NCBI GenBank assembly: GCA_951406725.2
Contig: OX597834.1
Location: 3,286,001 to 3,350,000 of the forward strand
DNA from: Octopus vulgaris
Lineage: Eukaryota
Reading direction: 5' to 3'
DNA: 64,000 bases
Positions 21,142 to 37,087 of the stretch are shown here, in pieces. The stretch's first letter is position 1, and each line of letters opens with the position of its first letter. The position numbers were made by a program, and so were the translations under genes. The notes under the pieces were generated by a model. That model made no database searches. It was not told where the DNA came from and saw only the letters and a list, made by a program, of their open reading frames with translations.

Positions 21142-23069
21142 CTGTATCAATGTCAGAATTCATATTTTGTTAAATAAAGTACAGTGTGGATATTAATTAA
21201 TTTTTGTTGATCAGTTATATTTTTTAATCTTTTCTCTTATTTGTTTAATTACTAATCTTATTGATACTTTTCTGTGGGGTCATTTAGTAACTTTCACAAT
21301 ATGCACAGTGTTGCTCACATGGTAAATATCAATATTTATAAATTTCTGGTGAGGACGCTTTCTCTTGTGGCTGGTAAAAGGCATAATTCAGTGTTTGTCG
21401 TAAATTTTGTTTATAAATTTCAGTTTTTGTTATTCACAATATTTGAAAAATTATTAGGTACAGCAACAATCATCATCATTTAACGTCTATTGTCCATGCT
21501 GGCATGGGTTGGACGGCTTGACCAGAGCTGAGGGGCTGCATCAGACTCCAGTCTGACTTGGCATGGTTTCTGCTGCTGGGTGCCCTTCCTAATGCCAACC
21601 ACTCCGAGAGCATAATAGGTGCCAGTTGTGTGACACTGGTTTCTGCTACAACTAGAAAGATGAAGTGTTTCCTACATTGTGTTTACCAAGAACATCAAAA
21701 TTCTGTGTATGAAGATGAGACACAACCGTAAATGTATTCCAGACATCAAAGAAGATGTAACTGTGTAATAAGAATCTTGCAGCACCATGGAAGAACACTG
21801 ATGTTTTTAAGACAATTATTCTTTATATTCCATCTGCTGGAAGGAAAGACAAGTTTAGTCTTTATTTGACATTGTAGGTAAATAACTAAGGAATCTATTT
21901 TCATAAGCCATGTTATAACATCCCTGTACAGTTATTAGGTAAGAAATAAATACAGAAACCATTAAAGAAAATATTTCCTTTATATCATTATGTACATATG
22001 ATAGCTTGTATGTATTCTGCATCTTGTTAGTTCCGTAACAGTAGATGTATTAATGTTAACATATTTGTAAAAAAAAAAGAGTTAGTGGTGATGGTGTATT
22101 TGTATCTAAAATATTACTGGTACTTTATTAACCCCAATAAAAGGACCAGCAGACCTTGGTAGGAATCAAAAAGTAGATGAACTAAACTGACCACTGCCAG
22201 CAATTAAACCCAGAACCACAGTATTTCTGTTGTTGGATTACAAATGACCAGCATCAATTAAGGAATATTTAATTGCTAACATTGGCTCAAGGCCACACAT
22301 TTTGGAGAAGTTCAGCAGGGATTAAATTTACTCCAATATTTCACTGGTACTTCACTCGAAATGGATGCAGATGATGCTGTTAGAAGTTTGCCTTCCAACT
22401 GCATGGTTTTGGGTTCAGTTCCCTTATTTGGTATTTGGTCACGTGTGCTCTGTTATAGCCCTGAGCCAACCAAAGCCTTGTGTGTGAATCTGGTAGACAG
22501 AAACCGAAAGAAGCCCATTGTGTGTGTGTATGTTCGTATTGCTTTGTTTTGTTTGTGTGTGTTAGTTGCAAATGAGTATTAGTGTCTTGTCTTTTCTAAT
22601 ATTCTGCCAGAACATGTTTGGCCATGGGAAAATATTACCTTGCTTAGAAACGGATGAGTGTCAGTGACAGGAAGGACATCCGTTTAAAATCTGCCTCAAT
22701 AAATTGTGTCCAAACCATGGAAGTATGGAAAAGTTGTTACAATGATGATGATGATGATGATGACAACAGGCTCTTATTTTCCAGCCTGGGGCTGTAGTAG
22801 AAGACACTTGTCCAAGGTGCCACTCATTGGAACTGAAACTTGAAGCCACATGGTTTGGAAGCATGCATCGCAACCTCACCACCATGGCTGGAAACTAACC
22901 AGACATTCCTACCGCTTACACCAAATTAACTGCTCCATACCTGAGTAATTAATTAGACTGGCCATCAGTAATTATGTCTGAAAGGTGCAGCAAATCATGG
23001 TTGGTAAAATATGAACCCTTGTAACTTTGGCTGGTGGCCTGCAATCTAACCAACTCGACCAGCTCACAC

Positions 23070-23310
23070 ATATATATAACAATGTTAGCAGTGGAGGAAG
23101 ATGGTCTGATAAGCATAGGTGCTAGAATAAGAACAAGCTGGGTAAAGTTCAGAGAGCTCCTCCCTTTGTTGGTAAGAAAGGGCCTTTCCCTCAGAGTGAA
23201 AAGCAGATTGTATGATGCCTGTGTATGAACAGCTTTGCTGCATGGCAGTGAAACATGGGCTGGTACTGTAGAGGACATGAAGTCTTGGAAGAAATGAAGC
23301 CAGCAGTCTC
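23070..23310 (+). mobile_element. RTE LINE RT C-terminal fragment
   Basis: ARIRTSWVKFRELLPLL..GLSLRVKSRLYDACV is homologous to 11120-11230. Confidence 0.75.
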
Positions 23311-23707
23311 TGCTGGCTGAGTAATAAAGAACATTTGGTAACAGTGTTGGCGCCACCATATAGTGTATTCTTCCTTCTTAAAGATGGTCATATGTGGCTT
23401 GAGATTTGGCTGCTATTTCTAGCAGCCATTTAACCACAGACAAGTTTCTCGTTAGATTCTATTTAATCAAACTGATTTTGATACAAAAATTTAAAGAGCA
23501 ATCATATTTTCTATTATCTTACTTAATGATTTCAAAAAAACCCTATATTTCCCATTTTTTATAAAATAATTCATCTTTTCTAAATTTAAACAAATATTTG
23601 GTTAAGAAATTCTGTATGTTGAGAAACAGTTCTTTAAGCCCAAAACCTTACCAAAATAAACTGGTTTTGTAATTAACTAAAACGAAACTACATCAATAAA
23701 TACTGGT

Positions 23708-23941
23708 TTCAAATTTTAGCACAAGGCCAGCAATTTCAGAGGAAGTGAGCAAGTACCATTTATCGACTGATACTATCGATAAATTAAGTACCAGTCGCAT
23801 ACTGGGGTTGTAATTGACTTTCTCACTTCCTCTGAAATTGCTGGCCTTGTGCTAGAATTTGAATTTAAAGTCAATTACAACAACCACAGTATGCGGCTGG
23901 TACTTAATTTATCGATGGTACCAGTCAATAAATGGTACTTG
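23708..23941. repeat. SINE segment containing an inverted self-copy (A-B-A'-B')
   Basis: 23708-23749 pairs with 23822-23863, and 23750-23821 pairs with 23867-23941. Confidence 0.8.
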
Positions 23942-25544
23942 AGGGGATAAGAGGCAAAGCTGAACTCTAAGCATTTTGTCTGGCATGCTAACACTTCTCC
24001 TGCTCACCCCCTTACAGAAAGGGGACACGGCTGATTGAATCAACACCCCCGTGCTCCACAGGTATTTATTTTATTGACCCCTCTGGGAAGAGAAGGATAA
24101 AAGGCAAAGTCAACCTTGGTAGGATTTGAACTCATAACATAGAGATCCACAAAATGCTAAGCATTTTACTCGACATGCTAACCATTCTGCCAGCTTCACA
24201 CCTTACAGACGCCAATGAATATCATGATTATGGAAATGAGGTTATTTAATCATCTCGTTATGGTTTTAATTAGTTTATTCAATGATCTCCAACTTTGTAG
24301 AGAAGAGAAGAATTTCCTCGTCTTCCAAATTTTTCACATGCTCAAAGTGAATGGAAGAGGAGACTGAAGAGAAGACTTGGGCAATGAAAAATGTGATCTC
24401 AAGATGTTATATCTGATGAAGGAGACGACCGGGGATCAAGTGAATGTGGGACATGTAGTGCTCCAGCAAGCTTGACAAAATACTTTATTAATATAAAGGG
24501 GTGGTACACAAACCCCTACCTCTTACCCATTCACATCTCCACTCTTATGCATCATACCATCCATAACTAAGAAATAATTCTTTTCTGTTCCCCTCTCTCC
24601 TTCTAAATCACAGCGCTTGAGTGGGGCTGAAGTACACTCTTGCAACAGCTATCTACCCTCCCTCAGTCTTCTGTCATCATCCTCTCTTGGACACACTATT
24701 TTGTGTTTAGGTCCTGGCTTCTCCTTATCACGTCTCCCTCATGCACCACTCTACTCATCTAAATGTAACATGGGGTAGTAGTGCATCTCTCCCTACTTGT
24801 CCCACCTCATAACATAAAGAATGACCCTTCATCAGTTGTCGGCTGTTTTTCTAGTCTTGTATTTCAAGCATTTAACAATATACGCTTTTGATAAAACAGT
24901 TGCTTCCACAAAACAAATTAAATAAAATTTGGGATTTTTTCGGAGAGTCAAAATAGGTAACACAAACAAGAAGGGCTGCTAAGCCTAAACGGGGTTGGGG
25001 TGGCGAACACATACACACACACAAAGAAAATTCTTTAACACCTCTTTGATTCTAAGTTACACGTTTCTGTACCAACTCCATTTGTAATGCCAGTTTACAC
25101 GAAAATTCTAAAAGATAAAATTATGTAATAAATGCAGTTTTAGGCATTGGAGAGGCACTTCGTCAGACATGCAAATGGAGATGGTATGGAACCATGTGTA
25201 AGTTCATTTTCTTTGTCTTCTTCTTTTCATTGGATTATTTACTCTTTGCCAAATTCATATGAAGGTATAATCATCGTGAAACTTGGATTTCCTACACCTG
25301 AGATATTCCAGCCTTGGCTTGGATCCTGACACTGTTCATAGCCCAGTATTTGGGTCAAGTGCTTCTCTGGAATTACTCCAACTGAATTTGGTACATGTAG
25401 ATTATATATATATATATATACGTGTGTGTGTGTATGTATATATAATCACACACACGTATTTGTATATTGAATCATACCATAAATAATGTGGCTTTTTATA
25501 CTTCTTTTATTTTTCAAAATAAGTTCTTTTTTAATCTAAAATAT

Positions 25545-25812
25545 ACTCTCTCATCTCTCTGGTAGACTTGCATGGCCTCTCTTCCAAAATTCACTAAGCC
25601 ATGACAAAAAATACTCCTCCAGTACTGTTCTGACCTCGCCTACAGAATTCCTGATAATTAGATGGGGCAATGTCCAACAAATATGGTGGGTGGGTGGGGC
25701 ATCATTTCCCATTCAAACTGCTCCAGCCTTTGGAATGTCATCCTCATTCTATGTGGCCAAGCATTATCCTGATGGAAGAACACCTTTCGTCTTGAAACCG
25801 AAGCCGGTCATT
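25545..25812 (-). mobile_element. Mariner transposase relic
   Basis: Minus strand reads RKVFFHQDNAWPH..FEWEMMPHPP (compare HDNARPH..WE.LPHPPYSPDL), followed by a frameshifted C-terminal part. Confidence 0.75.
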
Positions 25813-26689
25813 TATAGGATGACCCAATATATATGAAGTCTAACTGCACTCTTCAAAACTTGCACTAAGTAAAGTTTCTGTCCATTAATTATAAACTGTT
25901 TGGGCTTCTGACATCTGGAAAGTATTACTGGGATATTTAGAACAACATGACCAGAGTGAAACTTCATTACAAATTTAAACACTATTCTTAAGTGAAGGAG
26001 AGCAAAGCTGCCATTAAGTTTGAGGATTATGGAAGGGAGACTTTATAACACCAACTGGTCTATCACTGAGACCGTCTTCATATCCAGCATAACAATATGG
26101 TAAAGAGTCATTCATCCAGATGCGATTGCAATGTCTTGAATTGAATAGTAAGAATTTCCAGAGAATATTACATCTACACAAGTAAATTAGCAGTGAAGTG
26201 TCCTTATGTCCATTAATTATAAACTGTTTGTGTTTCTGACATCTGGAAAGTATTACTGGTATATTTCAATCAACAAGACTAAAGTCTTGTTTTGTTACCA
26301 AAGAAGCTACACAAACACTGCTCTCTACCATTTATGGGTGGTGGATAGAATATTTGGTATTAAGTTACATCCATATATGTTCTCGGTCCAAATCCCACTA
26401 CATTGGTCTTTATCTTTCGTACTTGTTTGTTTGTTGTAGATTGAATCCATCCAGAACTTCCCCAAAATGTGTGGCCTTGAGCCAATGTTAGTAATTAATA
26501 TTTATTAATTAATGCTTGTCATTTGTAATCCAACGATTTGCTAGAAATACTGGAATTCTTGATTTAATTGTTGGCAGCATTTAGTTTTGTCCATCCACTT
26601 TGTGATTTCGATTCCTACCAGGGCCTGCTAATCCTTGTATTTACTTAGGGGTTAATGAAGTACCAGTAATGCCATGGTTTGCTATAATT

Positions 26690-27150
26690 ATTTTCTTTAG
26701 ACTGCCTCTCACCTGGCTACCATCAACCTATTGGTTACATCACATCTTTACTACATAACCACCATCATTAGCATTTAACGTATAAAGTTAGCTTATCGTT
26801 CATCTCTCATTCACTTCATCATAACCTATAATATCTAATATTTACTATCAAATAATGTCAACAAATTATATAAATACAAAGTAAACAGCTTTGAAGATCA
26901 GTTTGGGAAATGTGTAACTTTTATCAGACATTGATCAAGTCTGTGAATTCTATAGATTATGGTTGTGTCAGGACAAGTTTTGGTTAAATGTTCTACATTT
27001 CGAATAACAGGAGAATAATGGAAGAGCAAAACCACATTTATTTCAATTTTAGGTAATTAAAAATATTTACAAAGAATGATGAGGTTAGAACTCAAGATCC
27101 TGGGACTCAAACCTGAGATGACAAAAGATTGAGAAAATCTTCTGATATCT
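26690..27150 (-). repeat. Duplicated ZNF 3'-flank block (copy downstream of ZNF-4)
   Basis: Reverse complement of 43270-43710, and of 35235-35341 joined to 36459-36795. Confidence 0.85.
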
Positions 27151-27256
27151 AGTGTCACAGACATATCAGATCCATACCATTATGTAGAATGGACATTAAA
27201 ACAATGATGATGAGGATTCAGAAATTGTGTCAGCCACTTACTTAGGCCATACAACT

Positions 27257-28183
<927 letters not shown>

Positions 28184-28979
28184 TTACCAAAATACTCAGG
28201 TATTTTCCTTGACTTTGTTTTTTATATCTTATTCCTGATATTTCCTCTGCTCTTTTTCATACAATGTGGTCTTTGTCAATATTTGAAGATGTGGCAAACT
28301 CTTCTGTAAACCAGGTGCAATAAAGATTCAAAATCTCTGCTACACATTCCAGACAGTGGATTAAGGTTAGTTTGTAATTAATCTCAGATCAGAGCCAATC
28401 TACCACAGATTTATATAATGAGGCTTATATCTGCTCTTTGTCTTCTTTTAGTCTTTAAAAGATGATAAATAACTAAAATATTCTTTTAGGGTCGTGTCAT
28501 CTGATATTCTGAAATAAAAGAGAACGAAATATGAATTATGGAGGATACTGAAAACTGAAAACATTTTATTACATTTCTTCTACATTGATTAACTGCAGGT
28601 ATAAACCTTTACCAGGACAATGGATTTTAACTGAAAAGGGAGAAAGCCGGAACGAATACACCAAGGTAATTTTTCTGATGCAAATCATTGAGATAACAAA
28701 GTTAGCTTCGACTGTCAATGATTGGGATTGCAAAAACATATCCTGGCTTTCTTTGAATAACCGAAACGAATGCTTCGTTCAATCTCGCTAACCTTCGAAT
28801 AAATAATCATGCTTTTATTTTTCGTAATGAGATTTATTGATAAAAAATTTCTTATCTTCAACACAAACTTAATTGTTTTTTAACGATGCTAATTAAAAGT
28901 AAAACAGTTCTATGATATTAACCGAGATAAAAGCATTTCTTATTCTTTTCGATAATTTGGGGAAGTCTTTCCTCCTTAA

Positions 28980-29755
28980 TTGGTCATTTCATTTTTGTTG
29001 ACGTCGCTTCAAAGGTAAACCAAAATCTCAGCTAAAATATAATATAGTGAGTTTTTCGACTCACTTATATGTGAAAGGCGACCGGGCGAGGATGAAGACA
29101 TCTTCACTTTCTTTCCTTTATAGTTGAACACATCAAAACAAACAGATGTAAGAGAAAAATGACACAAACCTATACAATGTAAATGTTTCTATTAATAATA
29201 CTTACATATTAATGATGTGGAGATGTGGTGAAGCGGGAAGAAAAGGTGAGCAACGTCAATGGCTGAGGGGCCCCTACTGGAAGAGGAAGAATGGGTGCGG
29301 TCACGTGGGTACGTGTGGGACCAGCTCAGGGGTCTTCTTCTCCTCGGTTCGTGGGAGCGGAGGAATGTGTGTAGACGTGCGAACGAGAAAGGTTCTAGCG
29401 ATAGATTAGACGGGTGGGGCGCATCTCGGATCTAACCCTGTTGGACTGACAACGCTGAGGGGTAGATGCATCGCACCCTGTTCCTCGCATTAACAATATA
29501 GCGCCAATGACGAAGAATTCACGAGTCAGGATGGAAAATGAAGGCTTCAACACAATTTCCAATTTACAACAAACCTTCGATTAGATTTTTACATCGACAT
29601 AATAAAGAATTTGTTGTTTACGTCTGACATCTCGATACGAAACGTTGTAACAAAAAATCAGTGCTGGTTATAATTTCTGTAGACATAAGCATCACAAAAT
29701 AATAAAGAATATTATAGCTATTTCTTTCCACAGTTAATTAGCAATCATCTCTATT
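28980..29755 (-). promoter_or_regulatory. Conserved ZNF 5' module of ZNF-4
   Basis: CTTTCCACAGTTAATTAGCAATCATCTC at ~29725-29751. Donor (ACTTAC) at 29200-29205. Interrupted at 29213-29489. Confidence 0.7.
29213..29489. mobile_element. GC-rich 277-bp insertion, TG...CA ends with TTAA duplication (solo-LTR-like)
   Basis: TTAA|TGATGTGG...CCTCGCA|TTAA. Absent from the homologous module at the other ZNF loci. Confidence 0.55.
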
Positions 29756-31096
29756 TAATTGCATCCTCTAAATGTGAGTTGTAAACCAGATCTGAACCAA
29801 CAATAAACATGCTTGTCAGACAATTGCAGGGAATCAACAGAATTCTTTCGCCAGTTTTAACCATTTTCTGCTAAGGGACGTCACTCTGACCTGCAGAGGC
29901 ATTATCTACCTGTTCAGCTGTCTTTATTATAATTAGATTTTGGGTATTTCATTATATAACCCCTATAGATTACAATTTCCGATGTAAAGTTTTCAGCTGT
30001 AACTCACCCCCGCCCCGTTAACTTGAGATGGTTTTCTAATTTCCGGCAAATTCGATGAAATCGCCGGGTGATTTTAGGTTAACGTTCCTCAAATTCTTCC
30101 TCGAATGCTTGTTACTCTTGTGGCAAATAAGTATCAGTCGAGCACTGGGGTCGGGATATCGACTAGTCCTGACCCCCACCTAAAAATTTAAGGTCTGCGT
30201 CAGGCGCGGCTTAGGCACTGGAACTGCCAAGTACACTGACAACCATCACTTGACGTCTCGGGTAAGGAGAACCGTAAACGATTACAAGAATTTCGCTGTC
30301 AGCGACCCAGCACCTCCAAAAGTCTCTAACGCCACAAGCTGGAAGAAATGGTTCACTGACAAGTCCCTATACTAAAGGCTTTTATTCGACTGACTGACAT
30401 ATTTTGATTCGTTGTCCTACTTCGCTTACGAAACTGAATAAGTTTTTTTTCTTTTGTCCCTCCTGTGTTATGCCATCGCATATAAATCATGTACAAGTCA
30501 TACGCTTGCGTAGTTAGTGGGGAACGGTAGGGGCGGCACTTTTAAAGGGGTCGGACTTTTGGGTCTGCTGTAGGCAATGTTTTTTGTGGGGTTCGGGGGC
30601 GGTAAACAGAAGGGCTGCACATACTCTAGCTACTCTTGTGAAGTCATGTACTGTCAGTTACTAACTAATTTAAAATATTTGTTTCATTACTTTAAATGTT
30701 TATAATATTTAAATAAAATTGTGACTCTCTCCGGACACCCGTACGACTAATTTGATAACTTCTCGGCTTCAACCATAGCGAAACTTACACAAGTGTGATG
30801 ATCTTTGCGAGACAAGAGTTCATTTTAATTGTTTCCTTCGCCAACTTATACAAAATACCACAATAGGGAGTTGAATTAACATTCACAGACGACGAAGATG
30901 TGAAGTGATGCTGTTGGAAATGTCAAATGGGACAACGAAGTGCGGAAAGCCGTGGTTATCGCCCCTCACCCATTAATTCTGTTGTTTGGTAAGCAAAATA
31001 ATAATGAAATTATTGTATACAGTGCTCAGGTGCACCACATCTTAATTACTGGGTCAGTTCTTGTTTTAAACTGACATTCAGGGGATCCGGTTCAAT

Positions 31097-31510
31097 AGAG
31101 ATGATTGCTAATTATCTGTGGAAAGAAATGGCTACAACATTCTTTATTATGTCAATGTGAAAATCCAAATAAAGGTTCGTTGTAAAATATAGAAGTTGTG
31201 TTGAAGCTGTCATTGTCCAGTCTGAGTTGTGACTACTTGAATCTATCATGACATCTTCGCCATTGGCTCTTAAGTAATATTGAAGTATTATTAACAGAAA
31301 CAACATCTACATTGTACAGGTCGTGTCCTCTTTCTACTACATCTGTTTGTTTGGATGTGTTAAAAAATAAAGGAAAGAAAGTGAAGTAAAGAAGAACTAT
31401 ATTGTCTTAATCCTCATACGGTAGACTGTCACATATAGTGAGTTGAAAAACTTGCTTTAGCTGACTTTTGTTGTCTTAATACTTTCACTTTTTCTCTTTC
31501 CGCACTCCAT
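31097..31510 (+). promoter_or_regulatory. Conserved ZNF 5' module of pseudogene ZNF-5 (donor mutated)
   Basis: GAGATGATTGCTAATTATCTGTGGAAAG start. The donor position reads TGAAGT at 31281 instead of GTAAGT. Confidence 0.7.
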
Positions 31511-32204
31511 TTCACAAAGAGAACGTTTATATTAATTAAGAAGTATAAACGTCACTTCAATACAATATTTGATCGCCTTTTACTTTTATTTCCAACATAT
31601 CGATTTGACAGCTTTAGTTCAACATTGCTAGGAAAGTGAGAGTAGAGAGACAAGTTTTGTCTTGCGAATGTTTCAAAAAAAAAAGATGGGTGAATGTAGC
31701 AAGGTTGGCACGTATGAATGACGAAGCCTCCTTGAGCATAATCCTATGAACCCGGAAAAAATTTAAAATAGAGAGTTACTTACTTGCAAATAAATGTGTT
31801 AACATGTGACATTATTGACCGAGGTTACCGTGGTCTTTTCAGTAGGCTTTTCTTTCCACGCGTAAACCTTATCTGCTTCCCCCTTAACACCTTACATCAT
31901 AACATTTCTGTGATACACGATCCCTATTGATCGTTTTTTTTCTTTCCTTTTTACGATCCCTTTTGATCGAAAACCTACCCCCACTTTTTTTCCTCCCTAA
32001 AAAGACAAGCTCTACTTTGTAATTTGTCCCGTCTGTGTTCAGCCCTGTGTGGCTAATAAAGAAACATAATTTAAAGTGATTTTGATGTTGCTAGTCAGAG
32101 GTCGATATTAATTCTCCATTCCACCACAGAATCTGGAATATGTATTGAAATAGTTACAAGATATCAACAATAGATATTCATGTACAAGTCTACATGCACG
32201 CGTA

Positions 32205-32275
<71 letters not shown>

Positions 32276-32589
32276 TTTCAATCTTTGAAGCGAACAGTAT
32301 TATGATTTCAAAGTAGAGAATGTATAAAATACATCACGGTTTACTTGAAATACTGAAAAGAAAACGAAATCTCTCTCACTTCATGGAAAATTGTGTTGCC
32401 AGAAGGAAAAAAACACATTTAAGGTAAATACTTAAATGGAGACACTATTCAAAAACAAGAGTAATTAGATGTAAGAATAAATTGAACAACATTTCATTTC
32501 GTTTCATTATTTCAAATAAATCACATCTTCGAAATTACGCCATCACTCGTCACATTTACCTTGAACCCCCGCCTCCACACATAAACACG

Positions 32590-33000
32590 TGCTATGTTTT
32601 CTTGTGTCTCTCTTTATTTGGTCCATCTGATGGTACCCATCGTATAGCTATCTTGGGTGTTTGCCCTGGCATTTGGAAGGCATGACCAGCGAGTCTCTCT
32701 CTTCTTTCTACCACAGTTTCCTGCAGGTTGCACCGATTGGCTTGGGACTTCAGAATTTGTGATTCTGTCTCTGTAGGGCATCTCGAGATCCTGCGTGGAC
32801 ACCATCGGTAGAATGCATTCAGATTCTGAGCGATTTTCCAAGTTTCTCCTGCATAAAATGTTGGCAGGATAATGCTCTGGGACAGAGGGATCTTCATATG
32901 GCTGCTAATCGAAGTACTGTTCTGAGCCAGATCTTGTTCATTCCTGTGAACACTGTCGCTGCATGCTGGTTTCTGAAGTTCTCATCTGTCTTGGCACCCT
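32590..33000 (-). mobile_element. Old RTE-like LINE RT C-terminal fragment (second family)
   Basis: IILPTFYAGETWK..LNAFYRWCPRRI..DRITN.EV..RERLAGH..TPKIAIRWVP, read across frameshifts. Confidence 0.65.
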
Positions 33001-33926
33001 CTTCTCCGTAGCAGTAATGCTGCTCTGATGGCTGAAGTTGCTGCTTCACATCACCTGGAAAGATACAGGTGACTATGCTCAAGATTGGGGTTCTTGGAGA
33101 CATTTTACTGCCCAACGCAGAGGCCAGCCGTGCAGGAGGGATTATCATTGAGGGTAAGGCTAATATATATGTGTGGATGTCTTCTATTTTTTACTTGTTT
33201 CAGTCATTAGACTTTGGCCATTCTGGAGCACTGCCATGGAAAAATTTAGTTGAACGAATGAGCCCCAGTACATTTTTTTAAAGCCTGATATTTATTCTTT
33301 TAGTTTCTTTTGCTGAACTGCTAAGTTACAGGGATGTAAACACACCGACATTTTATCATATCATTAGATATTTCTGAAGGTCATTGCAAATTTTGTTTTA
33401 TTTTGTGCTTTATATATATATACCAGTTATGCACTGGGGTCGATGTAATTGACTTAATCCCTTTGTCTGTCCTTGTTTGTCCCCTCTGTGTTTAGCCCCT
33501 TGTGGGCAATAAAGAAATAAGAAACCATGCAAAAACAGGCAATTAGAGCCTGAGCAGCTCTCCAGCCTTGCCAGCTTCTGTCAAAGTATCCAACTCGTGC
33601 CAGCATGGAAAACAGATATTAAATGACAATGATGATGATGATGATGATGATGATGCCTAGGTGTATGGGTGGCTGTGGTGTTCAGATATTTGCTTCCCAA
33701 CCATAGAGAAGAAATGTAATAAAATGTCCCCTTGTTGAATGCCTTCGGTTTACGTATCCTTGATATTTTATATTGTTTGTCTTTTATTTTAGAATATTGG
33801 ATGAGACTGGCATAAAAAGAATTTTTACCAACAAATATCATCAAAGTTGATGGAAATATAACAAAAAAGAATATTTGTTAGAAACAAAATACATACAGAA
33901 ATAAAAAAAGGGAAATAAACATATAA

Positions 33927-34914
<988 letters not shown>

Positions 34915-35341
34915 CTATCATCATCATCATCATCCAGTGTTTTAAATCTAGGTTTTTGTCCCTGTTAACTAGGGTTCTACCTCAATGCTATAGCAACCTC
35001 AATCTACCTCATTGCTATAGCAACCACCCTCACACCATCTCACCTTCTTGCCCAGTTTTGGGTATCTTCCTTATTCAAACTTTGTTGGTGTCAAGCTGTA
35101 AATTGTATTAAATAAGGTGCTGCTTGTGTACCACGAAATTTTTGTTGATAAAATATATTTTAACTTTCTCATTGGTTTAATATTTCTTCCAAGTATCAAC
35201 TTTTTCATTACCATTTCGTGGCTTTGTCTGTTACACAGGATATCGGCACATTTTCTCAATTTATTGTCATCTCAGTTGCGAGGCTCAGGATCTTAAGCTC
35301 TGACCTCATCATTCTTTGTAAATATTCTTAATTACCTGAAA

Positions 35342-36455
35342 TCATCATCATCATCGATTAACATCCATTTTCCATGCTGGCATGGGTTAGACGGTTTGAC
35401 TGAGAGCCAGTAGCTGCACCAGGCTCCAGTCTGATCTGGCAGAGTTTCTACAGCTGGATGCCCTTCCTAATGCCAATCACTCCGAGAGAGTAGTGGGTGC
35501 TTTTTATGTGCCACCAGCACAGGAGCCAGTAAGGCTGGCCTGGCAACAAACATTCATATGGTGCTTTTTACGTGTGACCAGCACAGGAGCCAGTCAGTGC
35601 ATACTGGCATTGATCACGATCAGTTGGTGCTTTTTACGTGCCATCAGCATGGAGCCAGTCAGGGGCCACTGGCTCCAGCTATGATATTGGTTTCATTTGA
35701 CTCAACAGGTCTTCTCAAGCATATATCACCCAAAGCATCAGGAGCATTTTTAACAGGGCTGGACGTGCGTGGCTGCAATCTCACTTTATTTGCCGAGTCT
35801 TCTCAATCGCAGCGTATCTCCAAAGGTCTTTCTCCTGTCAATGCCTCTGTCAGGCCCAATGTTTGAAGGTCATGCTTCACCACCTCATCCCGTGTTTTCT
35901 TGGGTCTACCTCTTCCACAGGTTCCTTCTATAGTTAGGGAGTGGCACTTCCTCACACAGCTGTTTTCATTCATACGTAATATATGACCATACCAGTGCAG
36001 TTGCCTCTCTAGCATACCACATTTGATGCTTCTTACGGCCAATTTTTCTCTCAGGGTGCTTACACTCTGTTGCAGATCATACTAGCTTTATTTCTGTCAA
36101 GACTACGCATGTCCTCAGCATTCATAGCCCATGCTTCACTGCTGTGTAGCATGGCAGTTCGCACACATGCATCATACAGTCTACTGTTCACCTTGAGCAA
36201 GAGACCCTTAGTTGCCAGCAGAGATAGGAGCTCCCTGAACTTTGCCCAGACTAGTCTTACTCTAGTCGCTACACTCTCAGAGCATCCACCCCCACTATAG
36301 ACTTTGGTCGCCTAGGCCACGGAAACTACTTCTAGTTTCTTCTCCTGGCATGTGTTGGAATCTGTTTTCTGTGGATCTTCAGAGTTTATTGCCCCAGTGC
36401 ATCTGCCACATGCAAAAACTATTTTCTCAGTTAACCTTTCTTTGATATTGCTGCA
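35342..36455 (-). mobile_element. 5'-truncated RTE LINE inserted in the duplicated 3'-flank block
   Basis: (CAT)n at 35342, then 3' UTR, then RT C-terminus (QLHWYGHILRM..GRGRPKKT). The flanks are nearly contiguous in the 43270-43400 paralog. Confidence 0.85.
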
Positions 36456-36458
36456 ACC

Positions 36459-37087
36459 TGCTCTTTAATTATTCTCCTGTTATTCTAAATGTAGAACATT
36501 TAACCAAAACTTGTCCTGGCACAACCATAATCTACAGAATTCACAGACTTGATCAATGTCTGATAAAAGTTACACATTTTCCAAACTGATCTTCAAAGCT
36601 GTTTACTTTGTATTTATATAATTTGTTGACATTATTTGATAGTAAATATTAGATATTATAGGTTATGATGAAGTGAATGAGAGATGAACGATAAGATAAC
36701 TTTATACATTAAATGCTAACGATGGTGGTTATGTAGTAAAGATGTGATGTAACCAATAGGTTGATAGTAGCCAGGTGAGAGGCAGTCTAAAGAAAATCGA
36801 TTTCCCAAGCATTGATACTGTTTCAATCTGATAGCATATTGTAGTACAAAGATTCCCATGTGTGACACATTGTTATTTATGATGTCTAGAAGAAACAACA
36901 GAGCAACATACAAGTGGCAAATTAGACATTTTTATGGAAACGGTTATCAAGAAATACTTTGTTTCTCCCCTCCAGTCTGTGACCACCACTACAGCAGAAC
37001 CAGATTCACCAGAGACTTACTACACGACCAACCTTATGTCTGAAATAAGAACATCCAGACTAAGACATTGTGTTTTGTAATGGCAAA
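36459..37087 (+). repeat. Duplicated ZNF 3'-flank block (copy downstream of ZNF-5)
   Basis: Nearly identical to 43375-44001 over ~630 bp. Confidence 0.9.

Noticed and set aside
25879-26266. ~60-bp direct repeat (25879-25938 and 26207-26266)
   Set aside because: No TG..CA ends, TSD or internal coding signal, so most likely a local duplication.
32198-32275. (TG)n(TA)n(TG)n tract and other microsatellites and poly-His ORFs
   Set aside because: Ordinary simple repeats. The His runs are the (CAT)n tails of RTE elements.
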